Positions 26,801 to 40,157 of a DNA stretch of 64,000 nt are shown here, one piece after another. The position numbers and the translations under genes are program-made. The stretch is from Piromyces finnis finn (Eukaryota; Fungi; Neocallimastigomycota): the NCBI GenBank assembly GCA_002104945.1, contig MCFH01000005.1, forward strand, positions 372,001 to 436,000. Reading direction: 5' to 3'. Positions within the stretch are counted from its first letter, which is position 1, and each line of letters opens with the position of its first letter. The notes under the pieces are model-generated. The model saw nothing but the letters and a program-made list of their open reading frames with translations, was not told where the DNA came from and did no database searches.

Positions 26801-29277
26801 ACCAATTTAGGTGAATACATTATTGGTGAATAACTCATTACTGGAGAAGATGAATTAGAAGATGAGTAATTCATATAATTAAAGAAATGTTGTTGTTGTT
26901 GAGATTCTTTATCCTTTTTAACAAATGGATTGCTTAAAAGTTTAGGAGAGCTAATTTTCGTATTTGAAATAATCTTACTTTGCATATTTGTAAAAACATT
27001 TGTATTATTTGAATTACTAAGATTATCAGAAATAGATGAACCTGTTTTATCCCAAATAATGGCAGCATTAGCAAATGCTGGAGAAGAAGTAAGTGAATCG
27101 TGCTTTTTTGTCTTTGAAGTTGATTGCGATATAACAGTTTTTGTAATATCTTCTGATGTTGAAGCATTAATTGATGCAAGATTTTTTGTACTATTTCTTT
27201 CTGATGATATTGAAGAATTATCTAATGTAATATAAGTTTGAAGTGGGGATTGAATGGCTAATTGAGGAGAAGGTAGTGGCTGATGTTTTTGAATCAAAAG
27301 TGGTGATGGTAATGGTTTTATACTCTTAATTGGCATTGAATTTAATGAATTTCGTTTTTGAATTAAAAGTGGAGATTGTGGTAATGGTTTTTCATATGTA
27401 GTTGCTAATTGAGGTGAAGATGGTGAAATCTGATTCTTTACTGGAGTTTGAGATTTGTGTAGTAAAAGTTTAAGTTGTGGCGATAATGGTTTAGATTGTT
27501 GTAGTTTTACTTCTGAAATTGGAGCGAATTGTGATGCATCCTTAGATAAAGGATCTTTACTTTCTTCTTTTATACATTGATATTCATTAGACTGTGGTAA
27601 AATATAATTATTTCTTGTATCAATAGGTGTAATGGTATTTGTATTATTTCTACAATTATCCTTGATTTTAACATTACTTCCAGGAGTTTGCTTATGCTTT
27701 CCAATAATAATAGGTGTTTGATAATGTTGTGGTTCAGGTAAGGAAGTATCATAAGTTAAATCATCTTGGATATTAACTTGAGTGAATGACAATGGTGGAG
27801 TAAATCTTGGTGATTCATTTACTGAAATAGATTGTAAATCTTTTTTTGTTGGTTTTTGAGTATTAGTTATAGAGCATAATTCCTGAACATTATTAAAATT
27901 TCCAGATATATTTGTATTAACTACTGAGGTTTTATTACCAGAATATTTATAATTTCTTAATAATGATGTATAAGCCTTAGTGGCATTAGAAGAAGATGGT
28001 AATGCTATATTCGGCTGACTACGACTTATACGACGGTTTATGCCAGAAGGCATTGTATTAACTTGATTTTTAACTTGGGATTTAGCTGTTGTATTCGAAC
28101 TGCTTAAGTTTGTTGATAATGATGAATTAGATCCATGATAACTATCTCTATAAATACTAGATCCTTGGCTATTCGATAATGAGGCCATAGAAACTGATGA
28201 TGAATTTGTGAATTTTCTGTTTTTATTACGATAATAAGCATTAAATAATGGTTCATTATCTGAGTCATCTGAATCATCTTGGCTACCATTATTAAAAACG
28301 GAAGACATTAAACCTAAATTATTGTTACCACTCATTGGATTATTATTAACTTTTAAAGATGATGTTTGAATTTGTGAGGAATTTTGAACAGCTGTTGTGA
28401 ACTCGTTCATTTTAAAATTACGATTAAGAGAACGGAAATTATCCAAGACTTTAGGAGGAGCTGTCTGTGTACTAGTAGAATTCACATAGGCAGCTGCATT
28501 TGTATAAAGATCATAAAGTTCTAAAGTGTTTACAGATAATATAGAATCATCTTTTTCCATTGTTGATTTTTCAATTTTAGAAAAGGTATTATTATCAATA
28601 ACATCTAAAGATGCTTCTGTATTTTTCTTTTGAATTCTATCATTGGTAAGATTATGAATATTACTTACTGTTCTTGGTGGTGGGGATTGATATCCTTTCA
28701 TATTATTTATTGTCTTTTCTGATGATGGTATTGGATGAGACGATGTTATTGTATTTTTACTTTTTATTATCAAGGAAGATGATATTGGCACATCATTTTG
28801 ATTCACATTTTGATTTATTTCACTATACTTTATAGTTCTAGTTGAACCATATGTAGCACTTCTCTTATTATAACTAGAGGAGCGATTAGAACCATGATAT
28901 TTAATTGTAGAACTAGAAGAAGCTTTTGAAGAATTTGAAGTAATATCTGAAGATTGATTATAATTTGACGAATAATAGTATTCATAATTATCACTAGAAT
29001 ACGGTGAATATAGTATAGAATTTAGTTGAGTATCAAAATTGTTATTGTTTGTATTAATATATAATGGTGAGTGTGGTAAATTTTTATCAAAATTGTTATT
29101 ATTTTCAAAATTGGTTGCTGTATCAACAATAGTATTAGTAGTGTCTATTGAAATACCAGTTGTCATATAACGTTTATTTTGCTTAAGATCATCATATCCT
29201 TGGCCTGAATTTGAAGAACGCAAAGCAACTTTCTGTTTTTGCTTTAATTTAGATGATTTTATAAAATTCGATAGCAT
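23866..29277 (-). CDS. Rho GTPase-activating protein (RhoGAP domain), 1803 aa, intronless
   Basis: IPIIVYKCIQYLKKYGLKKEGIFRVNG (arginine finger), VYDIAGLLKLYIRSLPDSLF and NQMNSSNLAKVFAPNLL lie at ~25260-24700. The remainder is Ser/Asn/Pro-rich low complexity. Confidence 0.92.
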   Translation of the reverse strand: MLSNFIKSSKLKQKQKVALRSSNSGQGYDDLKQNKRYMTTGISIDTTNTIVDTATNFENNNNFDKNLPHSPLYINTNNNNFDTQLNSILYSPYSSDNYEYYYSSNYNQSSDITSNSSKASSSSTIKYHGSNRSSSYNKRSATYGSTRTIKYSEINQNVNQNDVPISSSLIIKSKNTITSSHPIPSSEKTINNMKGYQSPPPRTVSNIHNLTNDRIQKKNTEASLDVIDNNTFSKIEKSTMEKDDSILSVNTLELYDLYTNAAAYVNSTSTQTAPPKVLDNFRSLNRNFKMNEFTTAVQNSSQIQTSSLKVNNNPMSGNNNLGLMSSVFNNGSQDDSDDSDNEPLFNAYYRNKNRKFTNSSSVSMASLSNSQGSSIYRDSYHGSNSSLSTNLSSSNTTAKSQVKNQVNTMPSGINRRISRSQPNIALPSSSNATKAYTSLLRNYKYSGNKTSVVNTNISGNFNNVQELCSITNTQKPTKKDLQSISVNESPRFTPPLSFTQVNIQDDLTYDTSLPEPQHYQTPIIIGKHKQTPGSNVKIKDNCRNNTNTITPIDTRNNYILPQSNEYQCIKEESKDPLSKDASQFAPISEVKLQQSKPLSPQLKLLLHKSQTPVKNQISPSSPQLATTYEKPLPQSPLLIQKRNSLNSMPIKSIKPLPSPLLIQKHQPLPSPQLAIQSPLQTYITLDNSSISSERNSTKNLASINASTSEDITKTVISQSTSKTKKHDSLTSSPAFANAAIIWDKTGSSISDNLSNSNNTNVFTNMQSKIISNTKISSPKLLSNPFVKKDKESQQQQHFFNYMNYSSSNSSSPVMSYSPIMYSPKLVSSKLNSQVISSPRLSSAMATSPKRNNSILGYNSASLNQISSSNNPILANEKLGRSSHPEMPMNSFNYKSLARTPPITYAASITNSPTLSVHSIQTIPKVSSTIAVSPTSQGEDKQSQINSSTINKRVSSYNIEHQFKEQLQEQIQNGNNSIKSNKYDDLYALPSNSSVSSPSPYLNDNSNTNDGISNVPVNNNISPDFKISVPIIQNQQDSTLSVSKNILESSKNDRNHSTLDRSTHIRHKRNVSFNDDKNQIIKGKDVDEQNNDNNTSSNNMSNENINNQSNNTNSSSNTTLEDEIIISSYSSYPDNITKLTLQVEDNEFTLNNNYISQTKSVKESSNKHPVVGHMKKLSSPSPLLIEKDQKFTRRSECPTDKVNNKLNIENVSYGSNNSSNGSSESDNNGNVQYFNHTLDRGNKKIVDKINLNDDIDGKQFYVKCYKKLNIKELNYLQEVSYKQLKQSYPESSSYIKKDVLKALQQKAKNKNGLAPKWWSYWKKETKNSLSCSVFKTPLNTSILYASVSLDSTDEENPRRIPIIVYKCIQYLKKYGLKKEGIFRVNGNERRIQASVKSFDEPPYLGPDTFENLSVYDIAGLLKLYIRSLPDSLFPNEIYLPLLRYYNSYEGENDRIKILQLFLMMLPRNYLILLEYLFDLFNLVTKFSEYNQMNSSNLAKVFAPNLLKPMNTEPTLKDYEITTSIVKFIIDHDSEFHISRSDNILLKILQEVPDFSNKNYKTKKNNLHIPFMAINNIFSDSEETDDEKSSKYSNSTNGDYILTKNSPQLINDKLKFSPALTSDEKPSNKNMINNMIANNLNVKINKNIKRSSYNVATLPLTPPQSPSSPNQSAVHTNIKSQLNAIISGNDINTVQSTNTNEDLKYFSVHSCNKKEATSFSVLRPNPNPNPNVDVQTTISLSVNNENIVKNGSVKHGRGEVQYNNNKIINGKSSVGNNDNSCSPSSDLSIEHNSSKKLRKNPNNKV

Positions 29278-29399
29278 TTTGTTTTATTTCTATTAATAAT
29301 TTAAATTTACTTCATTAAATACTAAATTATTATTGTTATTTATTGTAATATTTAATTTTCAATATTTTTATGATATAAAATATATAATAAATTATAATT

Positions 29400-29436
<37 letters not shown>

Positions 29437-32400
29437 TATTCTTTTTTATTTTAAAATATGAATTACGGTTGGATATCAGTAAATATAAAATTGATTCATT
29501 CTCTCAACAATAGTTAAATTGATATTAAAATTTTGATATATTATAAAAATAATAAATTAAATATTAAGATTCTTATATAAACGATAAATAAACGTCTATA
29601 TAAATGAATTTGACTAATTTAATGATTGTGACTGCTTATATACTGGTGAATGTATCTATAAAATATATATGTATACAATAAATAAAATTAATACATAATT
29701 ACATAAACATGTAATACACTTTTTCAATAATTTCATACAACAGCTATTACTACTAAATATTCATAAATTTAATTTTAAAATTTTCTTTATTTACTCTATC
29801 TTGTAAGAGATTTATTAAACAAAAAAAATATAAGTATTTACAAGTAAAACAAAGAATATCTATTTAGAATCTTTAATAATCTAAAAGCATTACCTTTTAT
29901 TCAATTTTGTAATTTTTTTATAATTTAATTTTAATATTTCTTTTAATAATTTTCTTCCAGATAATTTATATTTAAAACAAATGTTATACTTTAATAAAAG
30001 TTTATGATTATTAACATACACCTTTGTATACTATTCAATCTATTATTATAATGTTTGGTTTTTACTTTTCTTATTAATTTTTTTTATTAATTTAATATCA
30101 ATATTGTTTTTATTTTCTTTCTTTTAAATTGAAAGATGTTCTAAAAGAAAGAAAAATATTATTATGTTGTTTGTTTATTTGATTGTAATGAAAAAAAATA
30201 TATTGCTTATATATATTTCTTTTATTTTTAATTAAAGTAATTTATAATTTTGTAATTACTTATTTTTATTACTAATTATAACAAATATTTTAGTTTATTA
30301 TTTATATCTTTATTAAATATTAATGAATTTATATTACTGATGAAATTTTTGATTCTCTTCTACTTTAAAAAAAAGTAAAATATTTAAAAAAAAAAAAAAT
30401 TCAATAATCAAAATATAAAAAATATATATAAAATAAAATTTGTATATTTATTAATAAATCTTAAATAATAATAAAAAAAATTTTTGTATATCTTTGAAAC
30501 TAATATTATATTTTTTCCAACAAAAATAAAATTGATTGATCATATTTATAATAAAATATTTATATATATAAATCTTTTCTCATAAATTGTTTTATAACTA
30601 ATTTTTGGTTTATAATTTTATTACTTAGAGCATTATATATGACATTCTTTAAATTTTTTTATTTTCTCTTACATATTTAAATCCGGTCGGCTTGTTAATA
30701 CCAATTTGCAAAAAAAAAAACATCTTTAAAAGCTTTCATTATGTACTCTTTTACCCATCAACAAAAAAATAATTAAGGGACATTTTAATATGAAAATAAT
30801 ATATTTTAAAATATATTATTTAATTAAATATAATATATAAGTATATATTCAATAATATAGCATTATATATGAATTGTTTACAATTATTCTATTTAATATA
30901 TTTTATAATATAAAGAAATTTATTTGCTAATCGTATTTTCAATGAAATTAAATTTTAAAAGTATATTTATTATTAAATAGCATCAAAAAAATGATTTGAC
31001 AATAAATTTCAATAGAAATGAAATTGCTAAAATAAAATTATACGCAAAAATTAATAAGATGATATTTGCTTATAATAATAATACTAAAATTATAATTGAA
31101 ATTGGCTTATTTATTAAATTAAATTATTTAATTTGAATATCCTATGAAATGCCTAGGAAAAAATTACACATAGAGTTTCACTAGGAAATAATATACAATG
31201 AAAAATTGTTAAACTTATATATGGAAAAAAAAAAAGTTTTTGGTATAACAGCTACATTATTTTCACATATAAATTTTATTCATTAGAAAATATAGAAAAT
31301 ATAAACTTTTAAAATTTTGATTATTTATTAATGTAACTATATAGTAATTAAAATTTTAAAAGAATATTTATTTTTATATACAAGATTTCCCTTTTTTTTT
31401 TTCCTAAAATCTGTAAACTAGTATACATTTAAACTTTCACTTTTTCAATCTATTTTAAGTAATGTTTTTATAAAAAAAAAAATCGATTAAATTTTAGTAT
31501 ATAATAGTAATATATTATTTTATACATATTTTATATATAAATTTAATTTTATGTATTTAATAATTTTAAAAATATATGATTTTCACAAAAAAAATAATTA
31601 TTCTACAAAGGTTTATATATAGAATATTCCTATATAAACTTTTTTGCATGACTTTAGCTTTACGTTCTTTGGTTTTGGTTGACAATTTAGTAGTATTTAA
31701 ATAATATATATATTAAAAAAATAAAATATTTAAAAGTGAAAAATATATATACATATTTATTATTAAGTAATTTTAATATAATATAATAGTATTTAATAGC
31801 ATATAATAATATAATAAGTAATAAGGCTGTTGTTTTTTTTTTTTTTTTTTTTACTTTTCCATCAACAAAAAAAAAATTATTAAATTGTTATTATTATTAT
31901 GTTTATTATAAAAAACATGATTATATTTTAAAATATTTACTTTTAAAAGAGAAATAATATTTTGAAATTAACTTTTCTAAAGAATTTATTGGTTTATATA
32001 TATTCCACTAAATACAAAATCATTATTATTCATCACATTTTGTGTTACATTAATTATTTGCATCATATAATCATATTCCTATTTATATTTATATATATGA
32101 TAAAATATATATATATATAATAAGAATTAAATAATTTAATCTTCATATTTTTATTAATAAAGCACTATAAAAAAAAAAAGGAATATCAATGATGATGATG
32201 ATGATGATGATAATAAAAAGAATTTCAAGCTTTTTAATTTATAATTAATTCCTTATTAAAATAATTTAAATTATTAACAATCCATTCATATGTGCAATTA
32301 CACAAATTATTAAATAAAAAACCTTTTAATTATTAAAACATTATTATAATTAATTTTAACATTTTTATTAAAAATACCTTTTTTAATTTCTTTATTAATT

Positions 32401-32584
32401 TCTATAATATTTAAGAATTATTGACTATAATTTCAAATGTATATTTTAATTATTTTTTAAGGAATAAATAAAATATCATAATAATATATTCCTTATTTAT
32501 CGCAAGGTATCTTTTATTACAGTAATTTAAATTAACATTATTTTGATTATAAAATATAATAAAATATTTGATACAGAATTTAAT

Positions 32585-32642
32585 ATAATCTAATCCTTAA
32601 AATATAAATATAAATTTATATTTCATTTAGGGATTAGATTAT
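32585..32642. repeat. Long hairpin/inverted repeat (~25 bp stem, 4-nt bulge, 4-nt loop)
   Basis: ataatctaatccttaaa pairs with tttagggattagattat (16/17 plus a G-U wobble). Inner atataaat pairs with atttatat around the loop ataa. Confidence 0.7.
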
Positions 32643-34672
32643 GAATATTTAAAATTCTTATAACCTAATCATCTCTTCTAATACTTTATAATTATAATAT
32701 TATAAAAATTATAATAATAACAATGATAAATTAATATAATAATTATTTATCATGATTGTTTATTAATATAATATATTAATAGGTAACAATTATAGATATT
32801 CTAATTAGATTATAAATAATATTATAAAAGCATAATTTTTTTTTTGATTTTTATTACAATAAAATTTTTTATATTTAACCTATAAATTTATTTCTATATT
32901 AGGTAATTATGGACAATAATCTTTTCAACCTACATATATTCACATATTTAAAATGTATAATAACCCTTATTATATTTATAACAGTTTGCTTTTAAACATT
33001 AATCCTTTTAAGGTTTAATTAAATGATATAATAAATATTTTAAATTGTTTAAATATTGAATTTTAACGTTTTTGATAATAAATTTATGTTTATAAAAAAT
33101 AATTTATATTATAATTATATTATGTTATTTTTACATAGATAAAGTATTAAAATGTGATATACAAAAGTATAATATTATATTATTGAATTACACAGGTATA
33201 TCAATTTTAAAGTATATTATTAAATAACATTAACAATTAAATATATATATATTGTTAATATTTTTATATAAATAAAGAAAAAATTAATTTTTTAAAAAAA
33301 TAAATTAATAAAAAAAGTTTTTGTTTATATTATATGCTATATATTATGTTCTAAAATAATAAGTATTTAATATACAAGTATTATTATTTAAATTAATAAT
33401 AATCATATAATAATAAAAGTGTGAAATTTTAAACTTTTTAAAGTTTTTTAAGTAGGTATAGCATTTTTTTTTTGTTTAGTTTCTTTATAAAATCACATTG
33501 GTATTATTAAATTTAAAAGATAAAAGAAAGAAAATAATACTATATTTAAATTTATTAAAATTTAAAAATTATACTTAACGATCATTATTAAAAAATTATG
33601 GTAAATGTATTATAATATAACAATTATTTAAAGTCAGCAAGATAAAGAAAAATCTTTATTGTTTATATAAGTATTTGTTAATACATAAAGGCATATATAA
33701 CATTGTATAATATAAAATTATATGTTCTATTGATTTTATAATAACTAGTTTTTAATATATAAATATATATTATATAGAGTAATTTGAATATTTTTTTAAT
33801 ATTAAAATTATGTGAATTTTATATATATTACATTGCAATTATAATATATATTTTTTTTAAAAGAAAAAATGTGATTAATTTTTTTTTTAAAATTTTTAAA
33901 TTTGAAAATTTAATTATTTCTATTTTCATATAATTTAAAATTCCCATATATTCATAATATAATCAAATGTATGAAAGAAATATATATTCAATTAATTTTA
34001 TAAAAGAAAAATTTAATTAAACTTTGAATTTTAAAATTAATAAAAATGCCATAATAGTGTTAATGATTAAAAATAAATACTTTGTTATTTTGTTTTTATT
34101 TTATGTGAACATTAAGAATAGAAGATATTTAATATTTTTTTTATTGCTTTACTGTTTGATTAATAATAGAATAAAATTGATGTGAATTTTATTTTAATAT
34201 AAATAAAAATTCTACTCTTTCTTTTTAAGTTTAAAATTATTTTATATATAAATTTATATATAAAATATTTTGAAGTAGATTGGTGTTTTTTAAAATTAGG
34301 AAGAAACTAGTTGAATAAGAAAGTAAATAAATAATTAATAGTTATATATAATAAATATATTTTTCTTAAAAGTTGGTTATATAATATATAATAATACAAA
34401 TATTGCAATATCTTTATGCCTTTTACTTTTATAATAATAATATTTACAAATAAATACTATATTTATTTTGTAATTTAATAATAATAATAATAATACAATT
34501 AAAATTTAATAATCAAAAAATAATCATAGGAATTAATTAAAATACAATAATATAAAATCTTAATAGTAATTAATATATTCAATGAAATAAAAAAAATATG
34601 GTATAATTTTTCATTATTTTAATAATATTTTAATAATTTAAATTTGTTATCATCATCATTATTATTATACCT

Positions 34673-34719
<47 letters not shown>

Positions 34720-36573
34720 AAAAGTTTAATATTTTCATAACTTATAAATATATATATACATTATATTTTATAATAAGCTTTATATAGTGAGTATTTATAT
34801 ATATAAAATATCCCCCTAACAACAAAATCAAAATAGTGAAGAGAAAAACATGAATATTAATATTTTTTCATAATTTGTCATTTATTCTTAAAAGTAATAA
34901 TTTTTAAAATATTTTTTGTAAAATTAATACCAATTATACCAATAGAATGCAATAAAAATATAAAGAATGACAATAATAGAAAAAAAAATAATATATAAAC
35001 AACAACAATAAAAATAAAATCATATATTTATATGTACATATACACGCACAACCAACCAAACAAAAAGAATATCACTATAAAATATAAAAGAAAATTAAGT
35101 AAAAATTTAAAATTATTTTAAAATAAACAAATATATATCGTTTAACTTATAAATAAATAATAAACGTACAATTTATTTAGTTATTTTTTTTATATTCATT
35201 CTTCTATTTAATAAATTTGATATTAATAATGAAATTGTCACTATCATTATTAATATATTTTATTCATATTATAAAAAAATTCTCTAATTACAATTTATAG
35301 TTATCTTCACAAACATTCAAACTAAATAAAAAAAAAAAAAATACACAACTAAATAACAAAGTTAAATCCAAATATGTAATAACACATACGATTTTTTTTT
35401 TTTTTTAAAAAAGAGAATTATAAATATATTTGTAATAATTTTAAAAACTTTATATAATTGTTAAATTATTAAAATTACTACTATTTCTATTAAATTAGTT
35501 ATTTAATTTTTTATTTATAATCGAAAGTATTTTATATTAAAATATAAAAATAGCAATATATTATTATTATCGTTAGAATTATTAATATATGTATTAAAAA
35601 ACTATTTTGAAAGTGAATTTATTAACTCATTTGAAAAATTTACATATATTTTTATTTTATATTTTACATAATTTACTAAATTCTTTTTTTTTCTTTTTCT
35701 TTTTCTTTTTCTTTTCTTCTTTCTTTCTTTTTTTTTTTTTTTTTTTTTTATTAAATATTCAAAAATTATAGAATATTTAATTGAAAAAAAAAAAAAAAAG
35801 GAAAACAAATATACTTTTAATAAAAAAGATTTTTACCTGTATTCGAATTTAACATTTAACTAAACTAAACACATAATATACCAATATCGTAATAAAAAGT
35901 GTATATAAATATAATTTATTTTTAAAAACGTTAAACGAATATCCTCTTTCAAGATTCCCTTTTTTTTTTTTTTTAATGGTTTTGATGATAAAATAAAATA
36001 AAAAGGTAATTATTATTCCTTTTAATTATATGATTATATGTTTAAATTATTATTAAAGCAATTAATAATTATAATTTTATTATTTATTATTTTATTCTTA
36101 TTTTTTTTTTTTTTTAAATTGTTAGCTATTGAAAAATAATTCATAATTTATAAATTCTGTAAAACTCTATCGTGAAAATAAAAAAAGTAAAAAAAAAAAA
36201 AAAAAAAAAAATTATTATTGACAATATTTATATCGAATTATTTTTTCCTAAAAAATGATTTTATAAAAAAAAAATATAGTAAAAATAATTCAATAGAGAT
36301 TTTTTTTTTTTACAATATATAATTTATTATAAATATTAATATAATTTAAAACAAAAATTAATATCTTAATAAATTAAATAATTATTAAATAATAATATTA
36401 AACTATTTAAGGATAATTTGTAGTTAGTAAATGTAAAAAAAAGACTTCTCAACTACAACTACACATAGTTATATTGAATATTGAAAGTGAAATATCATTA
36501 TTTAATTGAATTGAAAATATTATTCAAATCTTAAAAGTTATAATTTTTTATTTACTGAATTCGTCATTAAATC

Positions 36574-39500
36574 ATGGCGACAAATTCAACGCCATTATCA
36601 CAATTAACTTCAAATAACTCATACAATAATGATAAAATTAATCAATCAGTTAAAAAAGATAACAATGGGTTAACAAGTGCCGATTTACTAAATTGTAATA
36701 AAGTAGAAATTAAAGGTAATATATAAAAATAAATATTAGAATCATATATATATACATATTTCTTTATTATATATAAATTTATAAGTAATCTTAATAATAA
36801 TAATAATAATAAAATAAAAAAAAAAATACTAAATATAATAGTATAAATAATAACTATATATATATTTTAAATATTATAATTATGATATCTTGTTTAAATC
36901 ATATATGGATAATGTTAAATAGGTGACCAACCATTAAAAAATAATATTATTTCAAATTATACAGATGTATCAGCTGTTCCTTCTATTGATCTTAATCTTA
37001 TGAATAAAATGAGTGTTATTAATAATATACAAGGTTTAAATGAAAGTAAAATAAACAATGAGAATATTACAAATAGTTATAATATTAACCCATTAACAAA
37101 TGAAAAGTTAAATCAATTATTAATGACAGTCGCATTGAATAATAATGTTGATATAGATAAGATGGTTAATTATACTAGTAGTAACAATATTATTATGAAT
37201 ACCATGACAGGAAGGAATGAGACTAATAATGAAAATATTGATTTAAATAACAATACTAATAATAATCACAATAAAAATCTTGATAATGGCAATAATATTA
37301 ATAATAATGATAGTAATTTGAGTAATTCATACTTAAATCAAGAGTTTTTACTTCAATTATTACAGCAACAACAACAATTACAACAACAATTATATATACT
37401 TCAACAACAACAATTACATAAAAATAATGAAGTAAATCATGATATTAATATAATACCAAATCAAAAAAAGGATATAAATTCCTTTGCTTATAACAATACT
37501 AATAATAGTCCATCATTATTATATTCATCTAATGGTTTAGAAGTAAAAGAAAATAATCAAGATTTTTATCAATATTTTTCTCAAATGAGTGATAGTTCTA
37601 CATCAAAAATAAATTCAAGTTCTATTTCTATACCATCTTATACTTTACCAGTTAGTTCACGTCCAATGTCCACATCTTCTCATACAACATATTCTTTAAA
37701 TCCAAAAATAATGTCATTTCCTGTTAGTGTAAATCCAAATTTTAATGAAAGAAATAACGATTTAATTAATTATGAAAAACAAGAATTTACAAAGCCACCG
37801 AAAGTTCCATCACATTTAATTTCTTCTTCTCTAACTAATAATGGTATTAATAATTACAATAACGGTAATGATGGAAAAGCTAATGAGTATTTAGATGAAA
37901 AGAAAAAGTTAAAAGATTTTCAAAGTAAGAGTATGTCGCCAATAATTGCAACGGTAGCACCAATGACTATATCAAACTCTAATAATGATCCTATAATAAA
38001 CATTAATTTGTCATTACAAGAAAATTCATATTTGAAAAAAGATGACTTAGATGTCTCAAAGAATAAGAGTCTTTCAAATTCATCATCTACATCTTTGTCA
38101 TCAACAACTACATTAGAAAATGATAAAAATGCTCTTGATTCATCTGGTACCACATTCCTATTAAATGAAGAATCAAATATTATACAAAGAAAAAATAGTA
38201 AAAATTCATCAACAACTTCTTCAAATTCAACACTAACACTATTTCCAAATGCTAATAATGAAAGTGATAGTAAAAATAGTAATAATTTCAAACAGTCTAA
38301 GATTTCAAATAATTCTGAAACTGATATTGATAATAAAATTGAGTCAATAAAAGTAATTGAAGGTACTTCATCTGTATCCACACCAAAATTAATAAATTCA
38401 ACTTCTGAATCTAAAAATAATGATAATAACAATACTTTATTATCAACTAAAAATATTAGTGAAAGTATTGAAGCATTAAAACTTAATGATTCTCAGGAAA
38501 TTATTTCTAAAACAGATTCTTCTGATAATTTAGGTACTACACCAAATGCTTCCTCCTCGAATAAATATTTATCAGCTATTTCATCTGTTAGTAATGATGA
38601 TCAAAGAAGCTCAATCATAGGTAGTAATGATAAAACAACCGAATTACCCATTTTAAGAATTGGTCAACCAATATCTGATTTATCAAATGGTGGATTAATG
38701 GTAAATAGTGGAAATGTAAATGCAAATGGAATATCTAACTCTTTTTCGGATGGTTTTGATCTTTTGAATATTCCAAATTATAGATTAAGCTATTTAAGTA
38801 GTAGAGATTTTTCAAATAATTTAAATAATATTACTAATAATGAACTACTTTCTGTAAATAATAGTATTAATAGTAATCGTCTTTCTGATAACAATAATTT
38901 GAATAATACTAATGATAAGAAAGAAATAGATTTCCTTTCGTTTAATTTATCAATTGAAAACCCATCATCTTCATTAAGTGATAATAAAAATTTATTTCCA
39001 CCTTCTGCAGCTATTCCAATTTATAAAAATAATAAAAACTTAAATAGTAGCAATAATAGTAATAATATTAATAATAGTTTATTAAATGACGGTTCTCTCA
39101 ATGGATTTTTCAGTATGTATTTATTTATGTATTTATTGATTATAGTAGTTGCATATATATATACATTTATGTATGCATACATGAAATTGTGTTATTAACT
39201 ACATATTAATTCATTTTATTATATATATATTATAATTATAATTGTAATAATTATTATTATATTATTTTTAACTATAATTTACTGAAAAAAAAACATGAAT
39301 TCATTTGAAATTTTTTTAGCTTCTCCAGGTTCTTTACATTCAGATAATAAAATGTTAAATTCATTTTCAAATAAATTTAGATTCTATGATAATAGTATCA
39401 ATAATAATAATTCTACTCAAACTTCTACTTCTTCAACTTTACCGGCATATAATAATTCGTCATCTACATCGCTTCCAATAAGTATTAATAGGGCTTCAAT

Positions 39501-40126
39501 TAAAGATGATAACTCTAGAGATATACAACAACAACATTTAAATCAAATTTCTGAAACTCCGGATCTATGGGAATTTGATATGGAACCTTATTTTGAACAT
39601 TCATCAGTCTCTAAAGATGAAAGTAATTGGTTTTCTATTAATTATAAAAATTATGGACCTTCATTAAATAATGTTGGAGGAAACAATAGCTATAAAAGTA
39701 ATTTCATGAATAATAATCAAGTTAATATTGATAACTCAGTTGAATTACATAGTAATAATAATGATAAAAATGATAATAATACTAATTCTGTAGATTTTCA
39801 ACATTTGAATTATCCATTTAATATTAATTCAATGAAACAAAATAATATGAATATGGTGAATCAAGGTTCTTCAATAGTGAATAATCCTTCTACTTCTTCT
39901 TCTGTAATAGATAAAAATATATGGAATTCACTTATTCCATCTTTATTGAGTAATAATATTGATACAACCAATACAATTAATAAAAGTATTTCATTGCTTC
40001 AAAAAACTATTGCATCTTCAAATATTATAAATGATAATGATAATAAAAACAGTAATAATAATAACAACAGCAACAACAATAGCAGTGGTAACAACAACGA
40101 CAACAACAACAACAATAATAATAATG

Positions 40127-40157
<31 letters not shown>

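Noticed and set aside
26139-28289. Short overlapping ORFs within RhoGAP, and similar ones in the membrane-protein, CCR4-like and Myb genes
   Set aside because: Alternative-frame or antisense shadows of long low-complexity exons.
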